NCBI GenBank assembly: GCA_038212275.1
Contig: JBBQUR010000009.1
Span: 128,001-192,000 of the forward strand
Direction: 5' to 3'
Length of the DNA: 64,000 nt
DNA from: Planctomycetota bacterium
GTDB taxonomy: Bacteria > Planctomycetota > B15-G4
The notes beneath the pieces are model-generated. The model worked only from the letters and a program-made list of their open reading frames with translations, had not been told where the DNA came from and did no database searches. Below are positions 1 to 9,586 of the stretch, piece after piece. Both the position numbers and the translations under genes were made by a program. Position 1 is the first letter of the stretch; every line of letters starts with the position of its first letter.

Positions 1-109
1 GCCGAGGCCTCGCCGAGGCGCCGTGGCAGCGTCATCCTGTGCGTTCGGGGACCCCGGGAGGGGCCCGCCGTTTTCACGTCGCCCGGGACGGTCACCAGGC
101 TCGTGCGCC

Positions 110-137
110 TTGATAAATTCTGCGCCCTGCCTAAACT
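110..137 (+). promoter_or_regulatory. candidate sigma70-type promoter for the HEAT-repeat gene
   Basis: TTGATA(110-115)-16 nt-TAAACT(132-137) in an AT-rich patch ~100 nt upstream of the ATG at 237. Confidence 0.5.
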
Positions 138-167
138 CCGGCGCACTTCGGCTCCGGCCCTGATGCT

Positions 168-221
168 CCCGAACGGTGGCCCCGAACATCGGCCCCAAAC
201 CTTGGCCCCGAACCTTGGCCC
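168..221. repeat. 13-bp tandem repeat x4 (CCCRAACNNYGGC) in the 5' leader
   Basis: cccgaacggtggc/cccgaacatcggc/cccaaaccttggc/cccgaaccttggc read directly. Confidence 0.85.
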
Positions 222-236
222 TCCGCGAGACCTCGC

Positions 237-2282
237 ATGTCCGTGAACACACTGCGCCGCCTGTCCCTGCCGATCTGCGCCCTGTTGTTGTCGGCCAACG
301 CCTTCGCGCAGAGTGCCGAGGACTCGTTCAACGCGGCCGTCGAGGCCTTCCGCAACGGAGACACGGCTGCCGCGGCCGAGAGCCTCAAGGCCGTGCTCGC
401 CGAAAACCCGAGTGACGAAGAGGCCTTCCGCATGTGGGAGGCCGTCGAGCAGCAGACCATCAAGGACATGCTGCTTTCGCGCGGCGAACTGGGCGCGCTG
501 GCCGAGCGCTTCCTGGGCCTGGCGCGCATGGGCCAGCTCGGCATCATCTCCGATCCGGGCAATGCCTCGGAGCTGGTGGACACGCTGCTCAACGGTGACG
601 GACTCGAGCGCGAGAAGGCCATCCTCAACCTGCGCAGCCAGTTCGGAAGCTGGGCCGTGCCGGCACTGGTGGGACCGCTCGCGGACCGCTCCAGCACCGA
701 CAACCGCGTTTACGCGATCCAGGCGCTCGTGAACCTCGGCAGCGCCGCCGTGCTCCCGCTCATCGCCACGCTGAAGTCCGACGACGCGCTGCTGCGTCGC
801 AACGCGGCTGCCGTGCTCGGCACGCTGAAGGACCCGCGCGCGGCCGCCGGCCTCGCATGGATGGCCAGGGACGACAGCGACACCGTCAATCAGCAGGTAG
901 CGGCCGAAGCGCTGGCCAAGCTCGGCCTGGCGTCCTCGGATCCGGTCGTGCTCTCGCGCGCACTCGCCGAGGGCTACTTCCGCGGCGACTCCGACTTCGT
1001 CGCCCCGTACGGCTCCGCCAGCGTGCTCTGGACGTGGACCGACGGCAAGCTGCAGGGACGCCCGGTGCTCTCCGGCCTGTATCCGCTCGAACTGGCCGAG
1101 TCCTACGCGATGGCCGCGCTGGAGAACGGCGCCGGCGACACGATGCGCCCCATCCTGTCGGCGATCCACGCCGGACAGAAGGCCGAGATCACCGCCGCCT
1201 CCGCGTTGGCGGGCCTGCAGGGCAACGAGCTGCTGACGACCGCGCAGGAGCGCCTGCCCAAGCTCGAGGTCGATCTCGCACTGGCGGGCAGTCATCGCGG
1301 GCGGGGCCTCATCACCTGTCTCGCGGGCGGGCGTCGCCAGGCGCCGGCCGCGATCGCGCTGATGGGCGCCATGGGCGCGAGCCTCGAGGAGCGCCAGGCA
1401 CTCAGGACCGCGCTGCAGGACAACGATGCGTCGGTGGCCTTCGCCGCGGCCTCGGCGCTCGCGCGCCAGGGCGATGCGGACCCCGGTGTCGTGGCGCGGC
1501 TCGCCTCGGGCCTCGCCGGCGTGCCGCCGCGCACGGTCATGTCGCTTGGCGACACCGGCCTGTCGGGCAGCACGGGCGGCTGGCAGCTGCTCACCGATGA
1601 TGCGGTGGCCGAGGGCCTGCTGCGCGCCAAGGCGCTGCCCCGCAAGGACGTCGTCGTCGTGCAGGACGGCTTGCAGGGTGTCACCCTCGACACGCTTGTC
1701 TTCGCGCTCAAGAACGACCCGCGCACCGCGGACGTGCCGCTGATCATCGTCACCGCGGACGTGGATGGCGTCACGGCGCTCTACGGCGAGAAGGTGGCGG
1801 CCGTGGTCGCGACCGCTTCGTGGGCCACCGTGGCTGCTGCTGCCGGCGAACGCAGTGCCGATCAGGCGGCGGCTGCCGAGCGCGCGCGAGGCGCTGCCGA
1901 GGCGCTCGGCCGCCTCCCGGCGGCGATCGTGCGCGCCACGGCCACCGACATCACAGCCGCGCTGGATTCGGCCAACGACGACGCGGTGCGAAGCGCCGTG
2001 CTCCCGCTCGTGGCCTACGCGGGCATCGTCGAGGCGCTGCCTTCCGTGGAATCGCTCGTGCTTGACGAGAGCCTGACGCCGGCGGTCCGCGCCGAGGCGC
2101 TCCGTGCGGCTGCGCGGCTCTGGGCCCTGAACAACGGAGCCGTCGGCGACTCGAACAAGCTCGGGACGGCGCTGCTCGCGATGGTGAGCGGCGAGGACAG
2201 CGCGCTGGCGCTGCCGGCTGCCGAAGCGCTGGGTCAGCTGCGCGGCGTGTCCGACGCGGCCATCGCGGGCGCCGTCCAGTAA
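237..2282 (+). CDS. secreted/periplasmic HEAT-repeat protein with an embedded receiver-like segment
   Basis: 681 aa; signal peptide ending ANAFA; HEAT-like units (LRRNAAAVLGTL, VAAEALAKL, AAEALGQL); segment DVVVVQDGLQG...LKNDPRTADVPLIIVT resembles a REC domain. Confidence 0.75.
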   Translation: MSVNTLRRLSLPICALLLSANAFAQSAEDSFNAAVEAFRNGDTAAAAESLKAVLAENPSDEEAFRMWEAVEQQTIKDMLLSRGELGALAERFLGLARMGQLGIISDPGNASELVDTLLNGDGLEREKAILNLRSQFGSWAVPALVGPLADRSSTDNRVYAIQALVNLGSAAVLPLIATLKSDDALLRRNAAAVLGTLKDPRAAAGLAWMARDDSDTVNQQVAAEALAKLGLASSDPVVLSRALAEGYFRGDSDFVAPYGSASVLWTWTDGKLQGRPVLSGLYPLELAESYAMAALENGAGDTMRPILSAIHAGQKAEITAASALAGLQGNELLTTAQERLPKLEVDLALAGSHRGRGLITCLAGGRRQAPAAIALMGAMGASLEERQALRTALQDNDASVAFAAASALARQGDADPGVVARLASGLAGVPPRTVMSLGDTGLSGSTGGWQLLTDDAVAEGLLRAKALPRKDVVVVQDGLQGVTLDTLVFALKNDPRTADVPLIIVTADVDGVTALYGEKVAAVVATASWATVAAAAGERSADQAAAAERARGAAEALGRLPAAIVRATATDITAALDSANDDAVRSAVLPLVAYAGIVEALPSVESLVLDESLTPAVRAEALRAAARLWALNNGAVGDSNKLGTALLAMVSGEDSALALPAAEALGQLRGVSDAAIAGAVQ

Positions 2283-2294
2283 GCCGGGTCGGCC

Positions 2295-3200
2295 TCAGGC
2301 TTCGGGAGCGACGGCGCGGCGGACCGGCCAGATCACGAGCAGGACCGCGAGTCCGATGAGGGCTCCGCCGAGCAGTGCGTCGCGCGTGAGGGTTTCTCCC
2401 AGGACCAGGTGACCGGCCATCACTCCCGCCAGCGGCTGCAGGAACACGAAGGGCGCGATGGTGGCCGCGCTGAGGTGGCGCAGCGACGCGTTCCACATGA
2501 GCGTGCCGCCGAAGGACGCGATGATGCCGAGGCCGAGCGTCCACTGCAGAGCCGGCATCAGCGTCGGGCCGCCATGCCACTGGCCGCTCTCGAGCAGCGC
2601 GGCCGGCACCAGCACGGCGCACGACCACAGCATCGACATGAAGGTGATGTCGATCGCGCGGCAGCGTTGCGCGAGTGGCTGCATGAGCGGCGAGTAGAGG
2701 CCCCAGAGAATGCCGTGCGCCGCGAGGATCAGGTTGCCGCGGAGATGGTCGTGCTCGAGCAACCCGCCGAGCGGGGCCTGCTCGAGCACGATGAACAGGG
2801 CACCGGCGAGGCCCGCCAGCAAGCCCGCCGCCTGCAGGCCGCGGATGCGCTCGCCGAGCAGCACGCGCGAAAAGAGCAGGATCGCGGGCGGCTCGAGCAG
2901 GATGAGCACGCTGCCGTTGCCCGACGTGGACCAGCGCAGCCCGACGATTCCGAGCCATAGCGGCAGCGCGTAGGCGACGATGCCGAGCAGCGCGAGTCTC
3001 CGCTGATCCCTGGCGGCGAAGTGCAGGCGCAAGCCGCCGCCGCGCACGGAGAGCAGCGCGATGCAGGCCATGGCGATGAGATTGCGCAGCAGCGTGACCG
3101 TCGCCGGCGGCAGGCCCTCGAGCGCCAGCTTCTGCGCCAGGTAGGTGGAGCCGCCGATGACGTTGGCCAGCACGATCAGCAGGATCGCGAAGGTCTTCAC
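2295..3200 (-). CDS. EamA/DMT family transporter
   Basis: ~10 hydrophobic helices, two EamA-like halves (VLLGER; LVLGETL); GTG start at 3200 overlaps the upstream stop as GTGA. Confidence 0.85.
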   Translation of the reverse strand: MKTFAILLIVLANVIGGSTYLAQKLALEGLPPATVTLLRNLIAMACIALLSVRGGGLRLHFAARDQRRLALLGIVAYALPLWLGIVGLRWSTSGNGSVLILLEPPAILLFSRVLLGERIRGLQAAGLLAGLAGALFIVLEQAPLGGLLEHDHLRGNLILAAHGILWGLYSPLMQPLAQRCRAIDITFMSMLWSCAVLVPAALLESGQWHGGPTLMPALQWTLGLGIIASFGGTLMWNASLRHLSAATIAPFVFLQPLAGVMAGHLVLGETLTRDALLGGALIGLAVLLVIWPVRRAVAPEA

Positions 3201-3559
3201 CGCCTGAGGAACTGGTCCGGCGCCATGATCTTCGCGCCGAGCTGGCGGCTCTTGCCGGTGACCTCGCGGTCGCGGCTGACAACGCAGACGTCGCGTGGGT
3301 TCGGCGCGTCGTAGACCGCGTCGACGATGGCATCGTCCGCCGACGGCACGTTGAACTGCGTGCACCAGCCGAGGGGCTCGCGCGCCGGGATCGACGGGTT
3401 GGGGCGGCGCACGTCCCAGTAGACATCCACCCGGGTGGCGTTCTTCGGCATCCCGGCCTTCAGGGCGACCAGCAGGCGCGCGCGGAGCTGCTCGGGCAGC
3501 AGCTCGTCGTCGCGCAGCAGCCAGTGAGCGAGGTTGTAGCCGTCAATGAGGTAGCGCAC
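3197..3559 (-). CDS. NYN-domain (YacP/Rae1-like) ribonuclease
   Basis: YLIDGYNL, SADDAI and VVSRDREV motifs typical of NYN/PIN proteins. Confidence 0.85.
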   Translation of the reverse strand: MRYLIDGYNLAHWLLRDDELLPEQLRARLLVALKAGMPKNATRVDVYWDVRRPNPSIPAREPLGWCTQFNVPSADDAIVDAVYDAPNPRDVCVVSRDREVTGKSRQLGAKIMAPDQFLRR

Positions 3560-3622
3560 GGGGGCGGAATCATAGTCCCTATGGCGGCCCGGCCGTCTTT
3601 GCTAAGGTTCCCGCCCTGCCCG

Positions 3623-3697
3623 GCCGGGGTAGCTCAGCGGTAGAGCACGGCTTTCGTAAAGCTGAGGTCGTGGGTTCGATTCCCATCCCCGGCTCCA
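3623..3697 (+). tRNA. tRNA-Thr (anticodon CGT)
   Basis: acceptor GCCGGGG/CCCCGGC, D-arm TAGCTCAGCGGTAGAGC, anticodon loop TTCGTAA, T-loop GGTTCGATTCC, encoded CCA. Confidence 0.97.
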
Positions 3698-3768
3698 TTC
3701 GCTCCGCGATCGTGCACGCCGCACGTCTCGCCGGATGGAGCGCCGGGCGCAGGCAACACGCCAACGGG

Positions 3769-4446
3769 TCAGCGGGGCTCGAAGACGAGCAGCACGCGTG
3801 CGCCCGCTTCGCCCGGCAGGCTGGCCTCCCGGCGCCCGGTCAGCGCAAAGCCCAGACGTGCGAGGCGCGGCGTGACCGTGGCCAGCTCCTTGTCGGCGAA
3901 GGGGCCCTTGAGCAGCACGAGACGCTGCATGCGTTTGCGCACCTTGCGCAGCCGTTCGAGCAGCTCGGCGGTCTCGCTCACCGCGCGCACGATGACCGTG
4001 TCCACCGAGTGCGCCGCCAGCCATTCCTCGCCGCGAGCGTGCACGGCGGTGACTCGCGGCGACAATCCGAGCTGCTTCACGATGCCGTCCAGCGCGGCCA
4101 CCTTGCGCTCGCGCGACTCCACGAGCGCAACGGTCAGGTCGGGGCGTGCGATGGCGAGCGGAATGCCGGGAATGCCGCCGCCCGAGCCCAGATCCATGAG
4201 TGTCGTGGTTCCTTCGAGCAGCGGCAGCGCGAGCAGGCTGTCGAGCACGTGGCGCACGGCCATGCCCTCGGCGTCCGTGATGCCGGTCAGGTTGATCGTC
4301 TCGTTGGTGGCGGCGAGCACCTCGCAGAAGCGCGCGAGGTCGATCGCGAGGCGGCTGCGCGCTTCATGGCCCCCCGGAGCGTCAGGTTCTCCGGGCATGT
4401 GGGGGAGCAGAACCGCGGCGATGGAGTGCGCGAAAGCGGATGGCAT
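3769..4446 (-). CDS. rsmG: 16S rRNA m7G527 methyltransferase
   Basis: INLTGI, HVLDSL, DLGSGGGIPGIPLAI and VRAV motifs; start placed at ATG 4446. Confidence 0.92.
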   Translation of the reverse strand: MPSAFAHSIAAVLLPHMPGEPDAPGGHEARSRLAIDLARFCEVLAATNETINLTGITDAEGMAVRHVLDSLLALPLLEGTTTLMDLGSGGGIPGIPLAIARPDLTVALVESRERKVAALDGIVKQLGLSPRVTAVHARGEEWLAAHSVDTVIVRAVSETAELLERLRKVRKRMQRLVLLKGPFADKELATVTPRLARLGFALTGRREASLPGEAGARVLLVFEPR

Positions 4447-4593
4447 GGACAGGCCCCGGGGTCGACTGGACACTAGAGGCTGGCTGGCGGCGCGCGCTGC
4501 TGCAAGCCCGCCGGGCCCCGGGTGCCCGGCCGCCCGCCGACGCTCTCCGCATTGGCCTTCCCGGACCTCCGGCCCCCTGGACACTCCTCACCG

Positions 4594-4911
4594 ATGAGCC
4601 TCGACCGCATCGCACGATTCGCCGCCCTCGTGGCGAAGGAGCCGGACAATCCGTTGCACAACTTCGCGCTCGCACAGGCCTGCCTGGGGGCCGGCGACTG
4701 GGCCGCCGCCGAGGCCGCCTACGCACGCTGCCTGACGCTCAAGCCCGACTGGATGACCGCCGCGATCAAGCGGGGGCGCTGCCTCATCGAACTGGAGCGC
4801 TGGGACGAGGCCCGTTCCACACTGGACCTCGGGGCCGACCTGGCGACGAAGCAGGGCCACGACGAGCCCTGGGCCGAGATCCGCGAGTTGATGGCCCAGC
4901 TCCCCGACTGA
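4594..4911 (+). CDS. small TPR protein
   Basis: 105 aa; EPDNPLHNFALAQACL...AEAAYARCLTLKPDW helical TPR pattern. Confidence 0.75.
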   Translation: MSLDRIARFAALVAKEPDNPLHNFALAQACLGAGDWAAAEAAYARCLTLKPDWMTAAIKRGRCLIELERWDEARSTLDLGADLATKQGHDEPWAEIRELMAQLPD

Positions 4912-5117
4912 CCGCGGATCGGCGCAGCCCGGTCCCCGCGGCGCGGCCCATTTCCGCGGCGCACGGGCGTTGCTACGCTACTCCGCTTTCGCGGCGCCTT
5001 GCGCAAGCGGGCGCTGCCGCACGCCACCGCACGCTTCCACCGCCGTCCAGGCGGGGACTTCAAGGCACCTCGCCCGAAGGCATCGCTCCCAAAGGCACGC
5101 TCCCAAAGGCACCCTGC

Positions 5118-6923
5118 ATGGCACCGCCGGTCATCAACGACTTCACCCTCGCTGTCGCCACCGTGAACGGTTCGGGCAGCGCCTCCTCCAACACGATCCT
5201 CGCGAAGACCATCTTCCGCATGGGCGTGCCGGTGGCGCCGAAGAACCTGTTCCCCAGCAACATCGCGGGATTGCCCACCTGGTATCTCGTGCGCGTCAGC
5301 GAGCGCGGCTGGCAGTCGCGCAGCGGGCGCCGCGAGTTCACCGTGGCCTTCAACGAGGCCACCGTCGCGCAGGACATCAAGCTGGTGACGCCGGGCGGCG
5401 TGCTCGTCATCGACGAGGACCTGTCGGCGAGCAAGGCCGTCGGCCGTGACGACATCACGGTGTTCGTGGTGCCGATGGCCGCCATCGCCAAGGACTTCGG
5501 CCCGGACCCGCGCCTGCGCAAGCTGCTCGCCAACATGGTCTACGTCGGCGTGGTCGCGGAGCTCCTCGGTCTCGACATGACCGTGCTCGAGCAGACGCTC
5601 GCCGACCAGTTCAACGGCAAGGCCAAGGTGGTGAAGCTCAACCTCGATGTCGTCCACGCCGGCGTGAAGTACGCCCGCGAGCATTTCGACAAGGCCAGCT
5701 GTCCCTTCCGCGTGCAGTCGCGCCAGCTGACCGACGGCAAGATCCTCATCGAGGGCAACGCGGCCACCGCTCTGGGCGCGCTGGTCGGCGGCGCGACCGT
5801 ATGCGCGTGGTATCCGATCACGCCGTCGTCCAGCGTGTGCGAGGGCTTCATCGACCTCGCCAAGGAATACCGCGTCGACAAGACCACCGGCGAGGCGCGC
5901 TTCGCGCAGATCCAGGCCGAGGACGAGCTGGCCAGCATCGGCCTCGTCATGGGGGCGGGCTGGGCCGGCGCGCGCGCGTTCACCGCGACTGCGGGCCCCG
6001 GCATCTCGCTCATGGCGGAGCTCGTGGGCTTCGGTTACTACGCGGAAATCCCCGGCGTCATCGTGGACGTGCAGCGCGTCGGGCCGTCCACCGGCATGCC
6101 CACGCGCACTCAGCAGAGCGACATCAAGAGCTGCTACCGGCTCTCGCACGGCGACACCGAGCACATCGTGCTGCTGCCCTCCGGCCCGCAGGAGCTGTAC
6201 GAGCTCACGGCGCAGTCCTTCGACATCGCCGAGCGCTACCAGACTCCGGTGTTCGTGCTCACGGACCTCGACATGGGCATGAACATCTGGATGGCTGACA
6301 CCTTCCCGCTGCTCACCGAGCCCTACGACCGCGGCAAGGTGCTCGACAAGGAAGCGCTGAAGGCCGTCGAGAACTTCGGCCGCTACAAGGACGTGGACGG
6401 CGACGGCATCCCGTACCGCACGCTGCCGGGCACGCACCACCCCAAGGCGCCGTACTTCACGCGCGGCAGCGGTCACACCGAGAGCGCCAGCTACACGGAG
6501 GACAGCGACGAGTACAAGGTCGTCCTGGACCGCATCAAGCGGAAGATCACGGGCAGCACGGCGCACACGCCGGCGCCGGTGATCACCGGTGAAGGCGACA
6601 TCGGCCTGATCCACTTCGGCAGCAGCAGCTTCGCCGTGGACGAGGCGCGCGACGTGCTCGCCCGCGAGGGGCTGCGCACGCGCTCCTGCCGGCTGCGCGC
6701 CCTGCCGCTGCACGCCGAGGTGCTCGAGTTCGTGCGCAGCTGCCGCAGCATCTACGTCGTCGAGCAGAACCGCGACGGGCAGCTGACGGACATCATCAGG
6801 CTGGCCGTGCCGGAGTGCATCACCAGGATCCGTTCCATCCTCGAATACGGCGGCATGCCGATGTCGGCCACACCGGTCGTGCAGGCGCTGTCCGTCGGCA
6901 AGCGGGAGCCCGCCCATGTCTGA
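5118..6923 (+). CDS. 2-oxoacid:acceptor oxidoreductase alpha subunit (gamma-alpha fusion)
   Basis: NGSGSAS, WYPITPSS, QAEDELAS, TATAGPG, QRVGPSTGMPT, VVEQN motifs. Confidence 0.93.
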   Translation: MAPPVINDFTLAVATVNGSGSASSNTILAKTIFRMGVPVAPKNLFPSNIAGLPTWYLVRVSERGWQSRSGRREFTVAFNEATVAQDIKLVTPGGVLVIDEDLSASKAVGRDDITVFVVPMAAIAKDFGPDPRLRKLLANMVYVGVVAELLGLDMTVLEQTLADQFNGKAKVVKLNLDVVHAGVKYAREHFDKASCPFRVQSRQLTDGKILIEGNAATALGALVGGATVCAWYPITPSSSVCEGFIDLAKEYRVDKTTGEARFAQIQAEDELASIGLVMGAGWAGARAFTATAGPGISLMAELVGFGYYAEIPGVIVDVQRVGPSTGMPTRTQQSDIKSCYRLSHGDTEHIVLLPSGPQELYELTAQSFDIAERYQTPVFVLTDLDMGMNIWMADTFPLLTEPYDRGKVLDKEALKAVENFGRYKDVDGDGIPYRTLPGTHHPKAPYFTRGSGHTESASYTEDSDEYKVVLDRIKRKITGSTAHTPAPVITGEGDIGLIHFGSSSFAVDEARDVLAREGLRTRSCRLRALPLHAEVLEFVRSCRSIYVVEQNRDGQLTDIIRLAVPECITRIRSILEYGGMPMSATPVVQALSVGKREPAHV

Positions 6924-7959
6924 GACGACTGCCAGCACCAATCACATCGGCCTGGCCCGCGCAGACTACGGCGGCGCCAAGAGCACGCTGTGCCTCGGCT
7001 GCGGACATGACCAGATCACGCGCCACATCATCGCGGCCACGTACGAGTCCGGCGTGGATCCGTACAACGTGGCCAAGACCTCGGGCATCGGCTGCTCGTC
7101 CAAGACCGGCGCGTACTTCATCAACAAGGGCTACGGCATCAACTCGGTGCACGGGCGCATGCCCTCGGTGGCCACCGGCGCGGCCATGGCCAACCGGCAC
7201 CTCGTCGTGCTCGGCGTCTCCGGTGACGGCGACACGGCCAGCATCGGCATGGGGCAGTTCGTGCACGCGGTGCGCCGCAACACGAACATGGTCTACATCG
7301 TCGAGAACAACGGCGTGTACGGCCTGACCAAGGGCCAGTTCTCCGCGACCTCCGACAAGGGCGCCAAGGTCAAGAGCGGCGACGTCAACGACTACGCCGA
7401 CATCGACCTGTGCCAGATCGCGATGGACCTTGGCTGCGGTTTCGTCGCGCGCAGCTTCAGCGGCGACGCCAAGCAGATGGTGGCGCTCATCCGGGCGGCC
7501 ATCGCCCACAAGGGCTTCGCGCTCATCGATGCGATCTCGCCCTGCGTCACGTTCAACAACCTCGCGGACAGCACCAAGGGTTTCGCCTGGCTCAAGGAGC
7601 ACAACGTCACGCTGCACGAGCTCGGTTTCGTTGCACCGTACGACGCGGTGCAGGTGGAGCAGGCGCCCGGCTCGGTCGTCTCCGTGGACATGCCGGACGG
7701 AAGCCACCTCGTCGTGCACAAGCTGGCCGACCAAGAGCACGATCCGACGGACCGTGCCGCGGCCCTGGCCGTGCTCCAGCGGGACCGCGGAGAGGCCGGC
7801 CACGTGTACACGGGCCTGCTGTACTGCGACCCGGCCGCCTCATCGCCGCCCCTGGAGGAGTCCAAGCACCTCCCGGACGCGGCGCTTGCGACGCTGAACG
7901 AGAAGGATCTGCGCCCGAGCCGCGAGCAATTCGCGGAACTGATGGCCTCCTTCCGCTGA
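6916..7959 (+). CDS. 2-oxoacid:ferredoxin oxidoreductase beta subunit
   Basis: CLGCGH, SGIGCSS, HGR, TPP motif GDGD...ENNGVYGLTKGQ, SPCVTFN; overlaps the alpha gene end. Confidence 0.93.
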   Translation: MSETTASTNHIGLARADYGGAKSTLCLGCGHDQITRHIIAATYESGVDPYNVAKTSGIGCSSKTGAYFINKGYGINSVHGRMPSVATGAAMANRHLVVLGVSGDGDTASIGMGQFVHAVRRNTNMVYIVENNGVYGLTKGQFSATSDKGAKVKSGDVNDYADIDLCQIAMDLGCGFVARSFSGDAKQMVALIRAAIAHKGFALIDAISPCVTFNNLADSTKGFAWLKEHNVTLHELGFVAPYDAVQVEQAPGSVVSVDMPDGSHLVVHKLADQEHDPTDRAAALAVLQRDRGEAGHVYTGLLYCDPAASSPPLEESKHLPDAALATLNEKDLRPSREQFAELMASFR

Positions 7960-8112
7960 GGCCCGCCACCCCGGCAGAACACCCGCCCCCTCGGCGCACC
8001 AGATGATTGATGTCCGGGCCGCCGGCTGGACGATGAAGAGCGGCTCGTCGGCGCTGGTCGGCGGACGTGCCGCATCAGGCGCGGCGGCAGTCCCGGGACG
8101 GAGTTCGCGAGC

Positions 8113-9582
8113 TTGTTGAAGGATGCCCTCTCCCGCCTCTCGCGCCACACGGTGGTGTATGCGGTGGCGAGCCACGCATCGAAGCTGCTGTCCTTCCTCT
8201 TCATCCCGTTCTACACGACGTACCTCACGGAACGGGACTACGGCATCAAGGAGATGCTGTACACGATGCTCTCGGTGCTCGCCATCCTGGCGGGCTCCAA
8301 CATGGCCAGCGCCATGGCCCGCTTCTACTTCGAGAAGCAGGAGCCTGACTACCGGCGCATGGTCGTGTCGACGGCGCTCATCTCGGTGGCGGGTGCGTCG
8401 CTGCTCGTGGGCAGCCTCATTGCGCTGTTCGCGGCCCCGATCGGGCGGCTGCTCGGGGACGATTTCCCCGGCATGACGCGCCTGGTGCTCGTCGCTCTCG
8501 GCATCCTCGTGCTGCAGACGGTTCGCGAGATGTTCTTCCAGTACCTGCGCACGGAGAACCGCAGCACGCTGTTCACCGCGGTCTCGCTGGTCAAGCTCTG
8601 CATCGAGCTGGGCCTGATGATCTGGTTCGTGGCGGGGCTGCAGCTCGGCGTGCTCGGACTCCTCTACGCCATGCTCATCGGCGAGGCGCTCACGCTGATC
8701 TTCATGAGCTTCCTCGTGCTGCCGGTCATCGGGCTGCGCTTCTCTCCTGCGATTTTCCGCACCCTGGCGCTTTTCGTGCTGCCGCTCGTGCCGACAGGCC
8801 TGCTTCAGTTCTGGCTGCACTCCGGCGACCGCTTCATCCTGAAGGCCGCCACCGACAACACCCAGGTGGGCATCTACAGCCTCGCCTACAACTTCGGCTA
8901 CGTCCCCAACTACGCGTTGCTGACGCCGTTCATGATGGTCTGGTTTCCGTACGTCTTCTCGCTCGCGGACAACGAGAAGAGGCGGAGCATCATCGGCCGT
9001 ATCGCGCCGTACTTCATGTTCGCCATGACCGCCTGCTGCCTGTTCATGTCGCTTCTCGCGCGCGAGGCCGTCGTGCTCATGGCGCGCAAGCCCGGCTTCC
9101 ACGCGGCCTGGCCCGCGGTGCCCCTCATCTGCGCCGGCTACTGGTTCTGGAGTTTCTCCCAGCTGGTCCAGACCGGCTTCTACATCATGAAGCGGACGGA
9201 CATGCTGCCGGTGCTCACCGGCATCGCGGTGGCCGTCAACATCCTGCTGAATCTCGCGCTGATTCCCGAACTTGGATTCATGGGCGCCGCGTGGGCCACG
9301 ATGATCACCTTCGCGCTGCTCGTGATCATGGGCGTGCGCGCCGTGCGCCCGGTCTTCAAGGTGGCCTGGCCCTGGCGTCGGCTGCTCATGCCGGCGCTCT
9401 CGGCCACCGTCCTTTGCGTGGCCGGAGTGCTGGCGGACCTGACGCCCGGTCCGGCCAGCATCGGCATCAAGCTCGCGGCCTTTCTCGCATGGATGTTCTG
9501 GATGCTCGCGGGCGGCTTTCTCGAACGGGACGAACGTCACGCGATCGTGACGGCGCTGCGCAGCCTCAAGCGCAGACGCTAG
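8113..9582 (+). CDS. Wzx-like polysaccharide flippase (MOP superfamily)
   Basis: ~14 TM helices; PFYTTYLTERDYG, DRFIL...VGIYSLA, NILLNLALIPELGFMGAAWAT. Confidence 0.88.
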   Translation: MLKDALSRLSRHTVVYAVASHASKLLSFLFIPFYTTYLTERDYGIKEMLYTMLSVLAILAGSNMASAMARFYFEKQEPDYRRMVVSTALISVAGASLLVGSLIALFAAPIGRLLGDDFPGMTRLVLVALGILVLQTVREMFFQYLRTENRSTLFTAVSLVKLCIELGLMIWFVAGLQLGVLGLLYAMLIGEALTLIFMSFLVLPVIGLRFSPAIFRTLALFVLPLVPTGLLQFWLHSGDRFILKAATDNTQVGIYSLAYNFGYVPNYALLTPFMMVWFPYVFSLADNEKRRSIIGRIAPYFMFAMTACCLFMSLLAREAVVLMARKPGFHAAWPAVPLICAGYWFWSFSQLVQTGFYIMKRTDMLPVLTGIAVAVNILLNLALIPELGFMGAAWATMITFALLVIMGVRAVRPVFKVAWPWRRLLMPALSATVLCVAGVLADLTPGPASIGIKLAAFLAWMFWMLAGGFLERDERHAIVTALRSLKRRR

Positions 9583-9586
9583 CGCG

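Noticed and set aside
3623..3697. tRNA-Thr as an integration site for a mobile element
   Set aside because: No integrase nearby, no duplicated tRNA 3' end noticed, and the flanks are housekeeping genes.
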